NCBI GenBank assembly: GCA_017512805.1
Contig: JAFWES010000049.1
Span: 795-64,794, forward strand
DNA from: Clostridia bacterium
Lineage (GTDB): Bacteria; Bacillota; Clostridia; Christensenellales; Aristaeellaceae
Reading direction: 5' to 3'
Length of the DNA stretch: 64,000 nt
In this document: positions 56,593-64,000 of the stretch, one piece after another
How the letters are laid out: every line of letters begins with the position of its first letter
How positions within the stretch are numbered: position 1 is the stretch's first letter
Translations under genes and position numbers: made by a program
The notes under the pieces: model-generated
Seen by the model: only the letters and a program-made list of their open reading frames with translations
What the model was told of the DNA's origin: nothing
The model's database searches: none

Positions 56593-56826
56593 TTACTGAT
56601 GATTCTTCAGCCACTCATCGGCTTTGGCCGCGGCCACCCGCTTGATGTCTTCCTTCTTGTAGGGAGAATCTTCGCCGCCGTTGGTGTACAGGAAGAACTT
56701 GCCGTCCGGGGTCTTGAAGAGGCATTCCTCATATCCGGCAGGATCGCCGATGGAGCCAGCGGTCACCTTGCCCAGCAGTTCGGCGGATTCGGTATCGTAT
56801 TCCACCTTAGCAATGATCTTCTTCAT
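56593..56826 (-). CDS. Small hypothetical protein (77 aa)
   Basis: MKKIIAKVEYDTESA...; AAGGAG upstream; followed by a terminator. Confidence 0.75.
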   Translation of the reverse strand: MKKIIAKVEYDTESAELLGKVTAGSIGDPAGYEECLFKTPDGKFFLYTNGGEDSPYKKEDIKRVAAAKADEWLKNHQ

Positions 56827-56970
56827 TCCCTTTCGCTCCTTTCTTTCCATTTCCATATTTCGTCCGGAAACACTCAACACCTTTTTTGTCAAGCCCTCCG
56901 GACGGTTTATAATCATATCACAAATCGATTCATAATGCAACGCGCCGCGGTCGGCCTGATTTATCCCAAA

Positions 56971-58764
56971 TCACACAGGTTTCCCTTGCGTTTCTGTCTC
57001 TTCCGCCCTTTGGATGATCTCCGTTCCGTATCTGACCGCGATCCGGGCCGCATCCTCTTTCGCCATCAGCAGGGTGATTTCCGTCCCCGTATCCGTATGC
57101 TTCTCCGCAATCACCCGTCCCTGCGGCCGGATCTGGGCCAGCAGGCCATATTTCGCAAAAGGAACCATGAAGGTCACCGGCGCATAGGAGGTCTGGAGCG
57201 CCTCCGCGATCCGCTCCTTCAGTTCCTCCAGCCCCTCTCCGGTCTTCGCGGACATCATGACCGCGCCGGGAAAGCTGGGCCAGGGATCCGCGATGTCGCA
57301 TTTGTTCACCGCTTCGATCCGGGTTTGCTCTGTGGCGCCCAGATCCCGCAGCACCTCTTCCACCGTATCGTGCTGAGCCGTCATCTCGCTGCTGGCGCCG
57401 TCATTGACAATCACCAGCACATCCGCCAGAGTGGCCTCCTCCAGCGTGGATCGGAAGGCGCTGACAAGGGTATGGGGCAGCTTGCGGATAAACCCGACCG
57501 TATCCACCAGCAGGTATTCCGTCTTTTCTTTCGTTTCCATTCGCCGGGACACCGCGTCCAGGGTCGCGAACAGCTGATCCCGGGCGTAAACGTCCGATCC
57601 GGTCAGCTTATTCAGCAGCGTGGACTTTCCGCTGTTGGTGTATCCCACCAGGGCCACCACCGGCGTGCTGTTCTTCTCCCGGCTCTTCCGGCGGATCTCC
57701 CGCTGCTTCTCCACCTCCGCCAGCCTTCGCCGCAGGTCCGTCATCCGGTCCCGAATCCGGCGCCGGCTCATTTCCAGCTTGCTTTCTCCCGGCCCCCGGG
57801 TGCCAATCCCGCCGGCCAGGCGGCTCAGCACCAGTCCCTGGCCGATCAGCCTCGTGCTCTGGTACTGCAGCTGGGCCAGCTCCACCTGCAGCTTGCCTTC
57901 CGCGCTGGAAGCCCGCTGGGCAAAGATGTCCAGGATCAGGGTGGTCCTGTCGATCACCTTCACCCGCAAAACGTCCTCCAGGTTCCGGTTCTGGATTCCC
58001 GTCAGTTCCTCGTCAAATACGCATAAGTCCGCCTCCAGCGCCTGACACTCCCGGGCCAGCTCCTCCGCCCGGCCCCGGCCGATGAACAGGGCGCCGTCCG
58101 GCTTGGTCCGCTTCTGCAGGAACATTCCGACCACGCGGGCGCCGGCTGTCTCCGCCAGGCGCCGCAGTTCTTCCAGAGATTCCTGGCTTTCGATCCCCAT
58201 CAGAACAGCCTTTTCCTGTCCGTTGGCAATCCGGCCCGTCTCCTCCGTCCCCACCAGCCCGTCGCTGATCTCGATCTGATCCAGCCACGCCCGATCCGGC
58301 ACCCTGTACCATCGGACCGCCTCCGGCTCCAGTACATCCGTTTCCGACGTCAGGAAGGCCGTCTGGACATTCACGGGTTCTCCGCCGCGCACGCCCACCG
58401 CCGTCATGGCGTCATAGCGGAAAATCTTCAGCGCGCTGATGTCCACATCGCTCAGGTGTCCGTCCCCGTCCGGATGGGTATGTACGCAGCGAACCCGGCT
58501 GAGCCGCCGGGTATTCCGCCGCAGTCTGAAATCGATCAGCTCCACGTCGCAGTCCGTTCCCACCGCCACGTGGACGATTTCTCCGTCCCGGGTGATATAG
58601 ATGGCAATCTCCCTGTTCAGCCGGCAGGACACCTCCGCCAGCCGCTGCATCAGTTCCCGGGGCAGGAATTCGTCCTTTTCCAGTTCCCAGTTGTACAGGT
58701 CGTCCAGTTCCCGCAATATCGCGTCCCGGATGCCCTCCGTGTTTCCGTATATATTGTGTTTCAC
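56971..58764 (-). CDS. hflX: Ribosome-splitting GTPase HflX, long form
   Basis: LILDIFAQRA, GIGTRGPGE, GYTNSGKST, LFATLD, DTVGF, NKCD, SAK. Confidence 0.95.
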   Translation of the reverse strand: MKHNIYGNTEGIRDAILRELDDLYNWELEKDEFLPRELMQRLAEVSCRLNREIAIYITRDGEIVHVAVGTDCDVELIDFRLRRNTRRLSRVRCVHTHPDGDGHLSDVDISALKIFRYDAMTAVGVRGGEPVNVQTAFLTSETDVLEPEAVRWYRVPDRAWLDQIEISDGLVGTEETGRIANGQEKAVLMGIESQESLEELRRLAETAGARVVGMFLQKRTKPDGALFIGRGRAEELARECQALEADLCVFDEELTGIQNRNLEDVLRVKVIDRTTLILDIFAQRASSAEGKLQVELAQLQYQSTRLIGQGLVLSRLAGGIGTRGPGESKLEMSRRRIRDRMTDLRRRLAEVEKQREIRRKSREKNSTPVVALVGYTNSGKSTLLNKLTGSDVYARDQLFATLDAVSRRMETKEKTEYLLVDTVGFIRKLPHTLVSAFRSTLEEATLADVLVIVNDGASSEMTAQHDTVEEVLRDLGATEQTRIEAVNKCDIADPWPSFPGAVMMSAKTGEGLEELKERIAEALQTSYAPVTFMVPFAKYGLLAQIRPQGRVIAEKHTDTGTEITLLMAKEDAARIAVRYGTEIIQRAEETETQGKPV

Positions 58765-58828
58765 GCTGTCTCCTCGGTCGTATCGTCCGGCCGTTCCCGG
58801 CCCGTCCGCCTGTTCCGGAGCGTTCCCG

Positions 58829-59821
58829 TCAATGGGCCGCCCCCCTGGGCATGGAAAGAGCGGCGCGGCCGTTTCCTTCCAGGCAAAGCCCGGGACTCCG
58901 GCAGGGCAGGAAAAAGCTTTCTCCTTTCTTCATCGCGGCGAACCCCTCCGGCCAGATCAGGGTCAGCCCTTCGTCCAGCGCCGTCAGAAAGCCGAAATGC
59001 TCCGGCGCGGGAAGCGTCACCTTTTGAGGGGGCACCGCCCGGATCAGATCCAGACTGAAAAAGGGTTCCTCCAGCATGCGCGTCACCCCGGGGGTTTCCT
59101 CCCAGTGCGTCGGATCGGGCGCGAACTGAAGACGGGTCACGTCCAGCGCCTTCTGCAGATGCAGTTCCCGGCGGTTCCCCCGGGCGTCTGTCCGATCCCA
59201 GTCATAGAAGCGGTAGGTCACATCCGAGCTCTGCTGAATCTCATACAGCAGGATGCCCGCCCCAATGGCGTGCACCGTTCCGGCGGGGATATTGCACACG
59301 TCCCCCGGCCGCACCGTCACCCTGCGCAGCAGAGGTTCCACGGCGCTGCCCTTCAGGCTGGCCTCCCTCAGGGTGTCCAGATCGGTTCCCGGCCGGATCC
59401 CGTACACCAGCTCCGCCCCTTCCGGACAGTCCAGAATCAGCCAGGCCTCCGTCTTCCCCAGTTTTCCCCCTTCATGGGCGCCGGCGTAGGCGTCATCGGG
59501 ATGAACCTGTACACTCAGGGGTTCCCTTGCGTCGATCAGCTTCAGCAGCAGGGGGAACGCCTTCCCCGCGTACTTCCCCACCCAGCTTTCCCCATGCTCC
59601 GCAATCAGGTCCGTCAGCTTCCGGCCCGCGTCGTCCCTGCTCTCCAGCCCGGGAATACAGCTGATCTCCAGGCTTTCCCCGGTGGGAATCTCCGTAATCT
59701 CCTTGCCAAAGACCGTTTTCAGCTTTTCCCCGCCCCAGGGGGTCAGTTTTCCGCCCCGGAAGGCCGGGTGCATGCGGACGGGCGCAACTGTTTGTCGATC
59801 CAAGTCCTTTTCCTCCATCAC
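58829..59821 (-). CDS. manA: Type I mannose-6-phosphate isomerase
   Basis: WGG, FPLLLKLIDA, LSVQVHP, GKTEAW, GTVHAIG, EIQQSSDVTYR.YD. Confidence 0.92.
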   Translation of the reverse strand: MMEEKDLDRQTVAPVRMHPAFRGGKLTPWGGEKLKTVFGKEITEIPTGESLEISCIPGLESRDDAGRKLTDLIAEHGESWVGKYAGKAFPLLLKLIDAREPLSVQVHPDDAYAGAHEGGKLGKTEAWLILDCPEGAELVYGIRPGTDLDTLREASLKGSAVEPLLRRVTVRPGDVCNIPAGTVHAIGAGILLYEIQQSSDVTYRFYDWDRTDARGNRRELHLQKALDVTRLQFAPDPTHWEETPGVTRMLEEPFFSLDLIRAVPPQKVTLPAPEHFGFLTALDEGLTLIWPEGFAAMKKGESFFLPCRSPGLCLEGNGRAALSMPRGAAH

Positions 59822-59935
59822 TATTCAGTCCTTCCAGCACACCGCTGAGGTGTTTCCCTCCGGGGACCTTGAGTCTCACCGGTTCCTATCGATTGTCAAG
59901 CCGTATGGCGCAGACAGAGGCCCGTTCCCTCAGGA

Positions 59936-60418
59936 CTATTTTCCCGTAGAGCCCATGCCGCCTTTGCGCTGCGCAAAATCCGCCTCTTCCTCGGCCAGGC
60001 CGTAGGGCAGAAAGATCCCCTGGCAGAAGCGTTCTCCCTTTCCGATCTCCAATTCCCTGTCCAGCGGGTTTCGCAGGGAAACCTGAATATGCCCTTCGTT
60101 GTCGGCCAGGGCATAGTCGCTGTCGATAATGCCCACCGTATTGCTCAGGCGGGTCTGATACCTGAACCCGAGCCCGCTGCGGGGAAAAAGCATCAGCACC
60201 CAGCCCTCCTCCATCTCGCAGCGGATCCCCGTGGGAATCACTGCCTGCCCTCCCGCCGGGATGACCGTCTTCACCGGGGAAACAAAATCGTATCCCGCGC
60301 TCCCCCGGGTGGACCGTTTCGGCAGAGGAATTTCCTCCACGGGAAGAACATCCTGCCTGGTTCCCATGTCCCGGATATACTGCGCTTCGCTTACATGCAG
60401 AAACCTTGCAATCCTCAT
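59936..60418 (-). CDS. dut: dUTP diphosphatase (trimeric dUTPase)
   Basis: SAGYD, PTG, PRSGLG, GIIDSDY, QGIF, RKGGMGSTG. Confidence 0.93.
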   Translation of the reverse strand: MRIARFLHVSEAQYIRDMGTRQDVLPVEEIPLPKRSTRGSAGYDFVSPVKTVIPAGGQAVIPTGIRCEMEEGWVLMLFPRSGLGFRYQTRLSNTVGIIDSDYALADNEGHIQVSLRNPLDRELEIGKGERFCQGIFLPYGLAEEEADFAQRKGGMGSTGK

Positions 60419-61263
60419 GCGTTCCTTTCCCGCCTTTCCGTCCACAGATCTGAAAGACGCCCCAGTTCATCCAGCGTCAGCTTCTCTCCCCGGATTTTCT
60501 CATCCAGGCCGGCGGCCCGGATCATTCCCAGCGCGTCCGACCGGTCCATATGCAGGTTGGCGCAGAGCCCGTTGACCATGGTTTTCCGTCTGAGGGCGAA
60601 GGCCGCCGTCACCATCCGGAAGAAATCTCCTTCATCCTTCACCTTTACAGCCGGCTCCTTCCGCATGGGCAGGACGACAAAAGCGCTGTCCACCTTCGGC
60701 GCGGGCGTAAAACAGGAGGCCGGCACCTCCCGGGCCAGATAGGGTTCGCCGTAAAACTGGCATCTTACCGCCAGGGGACCCCAGCCTTCCGTTCCCGGCC
60801 GGGACAATATCTTGTCCGCCACTTCCCTCTGCACCATCAGCGCCATCCGGCGGATGGGCAAACCGGGCGTCATCAATCTGGTCATCAGCGGCGTGGTGAT
60901 GTAATACGGGATATTGGCCGCCACCGTAAAGGGCTTTCGCAGTCCCTCCGTCAGCTGTTCCAGGTCCGCGGTCATCACATCCCCCTGCACCAGCGTAAAG
61001 TTATCGTATTCAGCCATAAAAGCCTGCAGCAGGGTAATCAGCCTCCCGTCCAGCTCCAGGCTCAGCACCCGGTGCGCTTTCCCGCAAAGATGCTTCGTCA
61101 GGCTCCCGGTTCCCGGCCCGATTTCCAGCACGTCCTCCTCGGGCCCGATGCCCGCGTCCTCCGCCAGCGCCTCCAGCAGTTCTTCGTCGTAAATAAAATG
61201 CTGCCCCAGGCTGTGCTTATATCGCAGATTGCTTTCCCGGATCCGCTCCTTCGTCTTGCTCAA
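60415..61263 (-). CDS. rsmA: 16S rRNA dimethyladenosine transferase RsmA (KsgA)
   Basis: SLGQHF, LEIGPGTG.LT, ANIPYYITTP, MVQREVA, P.PKVDS, RRK. Confidence 0.96.
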   Translation of the reverse strand: MSKTKERIRESNLRYKHSLGQHFIYDEELLEALAEDAGIGPEEDVLEIGPGTGSLTKHLCGKAHRVLSLELDGRLITLLQAFMAEYDNFTLVQGDVMTADLEQLTEGLRKPFTVAANIPYYITTPLMTRLMTPGLPIRRMALMVQREVADKILSRPGTEGWGPLAVRCQFYGEPYLAREVPASCFTPAPKVDSAFVVLPMRKEPAVKVKDEGDFFRMVTAAFALRRKTMVNGLCANLHMDRSDALGMIRAAGLDEKIRGEKLTLDELGRLSDLWTERRERNA

Positions 61264-61355
61264 GTGCCTGCCCTCTCTTTCCGCCTCTCAGTATAGCATA
61301 AACCCTCCTCCCGCGAAAGAAGAAAATCCGGCCTCCGCGCGTTCAAAAGCGCCGG

Positions 61356-61395
61356 CAATCAAAAAACGCTGCCCGAGGGCAGCGTTTTTTGATTG
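61356..61395. terminator. Strong bidirectional terminator after rplA
   Basis: CAATCAAAAAACGCTGCCC-GA-GGGCAGCGTTTTTTGATTG perfect inverted repeat. Confidence 0.85.
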
Positions 61396-61405
61396 AAATA
61401 ACCGA

Positions 61406-62095
61406 TCAGAACCTCAGGGGATTCACCCGGATGCCAGGGCCCATGGTGCTGGAGAGATAGATGCTCCGCATATAGGTTCCCTTGGCCGCGGCGGGCTTCG
61501 CCTTGTTGATGGCGTCAATCAGGACGCCCAGGTTCTCCTGCAGCTTTTCCTTGCCGAAGGACACCTTGCCGATGGGGCAGTGAATGATGGCCGTCTTGTC
61601 CAGACGATACTCCACTTTACCGGCTTTGATATCGCTGATAGCCCGGGTGATGTCCATGGTCACGGTACCGGACTTCGGGTTGGGCATCAGGCCCTTGGGG
61701 CCCAGGATCCGGCCGATGCGGCCGACCATTCCCATCATGTCGGGGGTCGCCACGCAAACATCGAAATCGAACCAGTTTTCCTGCTGAATCTTCTGGATCA
61801 TATCTTCCGCGCCCACGTAATCGGCTCCGGCCGCTTCCGCTTCCTTCGCCTTCTCGCCCTTGGCGATGACCAGGACCCGAACGGTCCGGCCCGTCCCGTG
61901 GGGCAGCACCACCGCGCCGCGGACCTGCTGGTCAGCGTGCCGCGGGTCAACGCCCAGGCGGACGGAAATTTCCACGGTCTCATCGAACTTGGCTTTGCCG
62001 GTCTTCAGCACCAGATCCACGGCTTCCTCGGGATCATACTGCTTCAGATGGTCGATCAGCTTCAGGCTCTCGTTATATTTCTTTCCGTGCTTCAT
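61406..62095 (-). CDS. rplA: 50S ribosomal protein L1
   Basis: [38 protein letters not shown]. Confidence 0.98.
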   Translation of the reverse strand: MKHGKKYNESLKLIDHLKQYDPEEAVDLVLKTGKAKFDETVEISVRLGVDPRHADQQVRGAVVLPHGTGRTVRVLVIAKGEKAKEAEAAGADYVGAEDMIQKIQQENWFDFDVCVATPDMMGMVGRIGRILGPKGLMPNPKSGTVTMDITRAISDIKAGKVEYRLDKTAIIHCPIGKVSFGKEKLQENLGVLIDAINKAKPAAAKGTYMRSIYLSSTMGPGIRVNPLRF

Positions 62096-62112
62096 CTTCG
62101 CTCGCCTCCCTC

Positions 62113-62538
62113 TTACTCTTCTACCGTGACGCCCATGCTGCGGGCCGTCCCGGCGACCATGCTCATGGCCGCTTCCAGACTGCCGGCATTCAGGTCAGGC
62201 ATCTTGATGGTGGCGATCTTCTGGACCTGCTCCTTGGTCAGCTTGCCAACCTTTTCCTTGTTGGGGCGGCCGCTGGCGGTTTCAATGCCCAGTTCCTTCT
62301 TGATCAGCACCGGCGCCGGAGGCGTTTTGGTGACAAAGGTGAAGGTGCGGTCGGTATACACGGTGATCACCACGGGGATGATCAGTCCGGCATCCTTCGC
62401 GGTCCGGTCATTGAATTCCTTGCAGAATCCGGGAATGTTCACGCCGTGCTGGCCCAGCGCGGGACCGATCGGCGGAGCAGGCGTCGCCTTGGCGGCGGGC
62501 ACCTGCAGCTTGATGTAAGCAGCAACTTTCTTTGCCAT
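62113..62538 (-). CDS. rplK: 50S ribosomal protein L11
   Basis: [30 protein letters not shown]. Confidence 0.98.
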   Translation of the reverse strand: MAKKVAAYIKLQVPAAKATPAPPIGPALGQHGVNIPGFCKEFNDRTAKDAGLIIPVVITVYTDRTFTFVTKTPPAPVLIKKELGIETASGRPNKEKVGKLTKEQVQKIATIKMPDLNAGSLEAAMSMVAGTARSMGVTVEE

Positions 62539-62561
62539 TGAAAGGCACCTCCAAATATAAT

Positions 62562-62596
62562 GTGGTCAGGCGGAAACAGAAGCCGTTTCCTCCCAC
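62562..62596 (-). promoter_or_regulatory. Putative L1-binding autoregulatory leader of rplK-rplA
   Basis: Minus strand GTGG-GA-GGAAAC...GTTTCC-GCCTGA-CCAC: hairpin with an asymmetric internal loop just upstream of the rplK RBS, like Firmicute rplK leaders. Confidence 0.6.
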
Positions 62597-62698
62597 GGCC
62601 CGGCGATGATTCGCCGAACCCGGCCGCGGCCCATCGGCCGCAGCCTTGTTCAGAGGCCGCAGGGGCCTCATAAACATCTTTTCCGGATCCGTTCCTTC

Positions 62699-63238
62699 TC
62701 AGGATTCCTTCTCCACCTGGTCCAGATCCACTTCGACGGGCATCTCCCGCCCAAGGAACATCTGTACCTTGACGGTCAGCTTTCCGCGAACGGTATCCAC
62801 ATCCTCCACCACGCCGGTGAAGTTCTCCAGGGGGCCGGACAGAATCCGAACGTTTTCGCCGATAGCAAATCCGAAGTCCACAGAGGTCTGCTCCGTATGG
62901 AGCATCATGTCAACTTCCTCCTGCGTCAGGGGCACGGGTTTGGAATCCGGACCGACAAAGCCGGTGACGCCCCGGGTGTTTCGAACGACGTACCAGCTTT
63001 CGGTAGTCTCGATCATATGCACCAGGACATATCCGGGATACACTTTCCGGGTGCTCTTCACCCGTTTGCCGTTTCTGATTTCGACAACTTCTTCCATGGG
63101 AACCCGAACTTCAAAGATCAGGTCCTGCATGCCGTTGTTTTCCACGGACTTTTCCAGTGTATCCTTGACTTTGTTTTCATAGCCCGAATAGGTATGAATC
63201 ACATACCAGCAGGGCTCTTTATTCGTGGATCCTGCCAT
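62699..63238 (-). CDS. nusG: Transcription termination/antitermination factor NusG
   Basis: WYVIHTYSGYENKV, YPGYVLV, NTRGVTGFVG, KOW GPLENF.G. Confidence 0.97.
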   Translation of the reverse strand: MAGSTNKEPCWYVIHTYSGYENKVKDTLEKSVENNGMQDLIFEVRVPMEEVVEIRNGKRVKSTRKVYPGYVLVHMIETTESWYVVRNTRGVTGFVGPDSKPVPLTQEEVDMMLHTEQTSVDFGFAIGENVRILSGPLENFTGVVEDVDTVRGKLTVKVQMFLGREMPVEVDLDQVEKES

Positions 63239-63240
63239 GA

Positions 63241-63828
63241 TTATTTCCCCTCATCAGCAGCGTCAGCGTTCCCTTCCGTCAATCCTTCGCCGACCGCCTC
63301 GGTCACAGCGTTTTCAACCTCTCCGGCGGCTTCCGTCACCGCTTCGGCAGCGTCAGATGCGGCATCCGTTGCGGCCTCGGCCGCGTCGTTCACGGCTTCG
63401 GCCGCGTCCGTCGCAGCGTCGCTCACCGCTTCAGCCGCGTCAGTCGCGGCGTCTGTTGCCGCTTCGGCAGCGTCCGTCGCAGCGTCTGTCGCCGCTTCGG
63501 CAGCGTCTTCAACGGCCTCCGCGGTTTCTTCCGTGGTCGTGGTCGTGGTGCCGGAAGTCGTGGAAGCCGGAATCAGACTGCGTACAGCCGCAGAAGCACC
63601 CATATCCAGCAAGCCGATCACAACGCCCATCGCCAGCATGAAGCAGAGTACAATGATCGAATAGGAGATCAGCCGCTGCTTGGAGGGCCAGGTCACCTTC
63701 TTCAGTTCATAGTACATATTTTTGAAGGGCTTCACAATCCTCTGGGGAAGGGTCTTGAACCAGTTCAGGATCTTTGCCCCTTTGCCGGGCTCAGCCTTTT
63801 TCGCTGGCGTCTTCTTTTCCTCAGACAT
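63241..63828 (-). CDS. secE: Preprotein translocase SecE with a long acidic C-terminal tail
   Basis: ELKKVTWP motif plus TM; lies between rpmG and nusG. Confidence 0.93.
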   Translation of the reverse strand: MSEEKKTPAKKAEPGKGAKILNWFKTLPQRIVKPFKNMYYELKKVTWPSKQRLISYSIIVLCFMLAMGVVIGLLDMGASAAVRSLIPASTTSGTTTTTTEETAEAVEDAAEAATDAATDAAEAATDAATDAAEAVSDAATDAAEAVNDAAEAATDAASDAAEAVTEAAGEVENAVTEAVGEGLTEGNADAADEGK

Positions 63829-63871
63829 CTTCTTTCACATCCTCACGGTTCATTGTGTGTGTGCTTCAGAA

Positions 63872-64000
63872 TCACTTGGTCTCACGATGGGCCGTATGCT
63901 TCTTGCAGAAGGGGCAGTACTTCATCAGCTCTACGCGATCCGGCGTGTTCTTCTTGTTCTTCATGTTGTTGTAGTTCCGCTGCTTGCACTCGGTGCAGGC
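63872..64000 (-). CDS. rpmG: 50S ribosomal protein L33 (Zn-binding type), 3' part; start outside the window
   Basis: Manual translation [42 protein letters not shown]. Confidence 0.96.
   Translation of the reverse strand, partial: ACTECKQRNYNNMKNKKNTPDRVELMKYCPFCKKHTAHRETK

Noticed and set aside
63829-63871. tRNA-Trp sometimes found between rpmG and secE
   Set aside because: Gap is only 43 bp and has no cloverleaf

Overview
A 64-kb GC-rich chromosomal segment, most likely from a clostridial Firmicute (inferred from gene content, sigma-A promoters and Shine-Dalgarno style). Nearly all genes are on the minus strand. Most of it is core housekeeping: rpmG-secE-nusG-rplK-rplA; rsmA-dut-pmi-hflX; rpmH-rnpA-yidD-yidC-jag-serS; and priA-def-fmt-rsmB-rlmN-stp-pknB-rsgA-rpe running into mnmE, an Fe-ADH, radC, ydcF, rsmG, a GH29 fucosidase and ybaK. 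The left end holds a MocR regulator/ECF S-component pair and ktrBA. The most interesting accessory loci are (1) a 43.2-52.8 kb operon combining sugar-importer-type permeases and a very large solute-binding protein with two HlyD-type membrane-fusion proteins, a MacB-like permease and an LRR surface protein, but no ATPase; (2) an orphan HsdR nuclease domain with a decayed helicase fused to a GIY-YIG nuclease; and (3) a DUF3798 ABC system with a greatly enlarged permease. Several proteins carry long low-complexity, repeat-encoded extensions (SecE, RsmB, an SLH-like protein). The genes that usually flank oriC are dispersed, and dnaA is absent. I saw no tRNA, rRNA, CRISPR array, transposase or prophage. 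Family calls come from reading motifs by eye, not from database searches.
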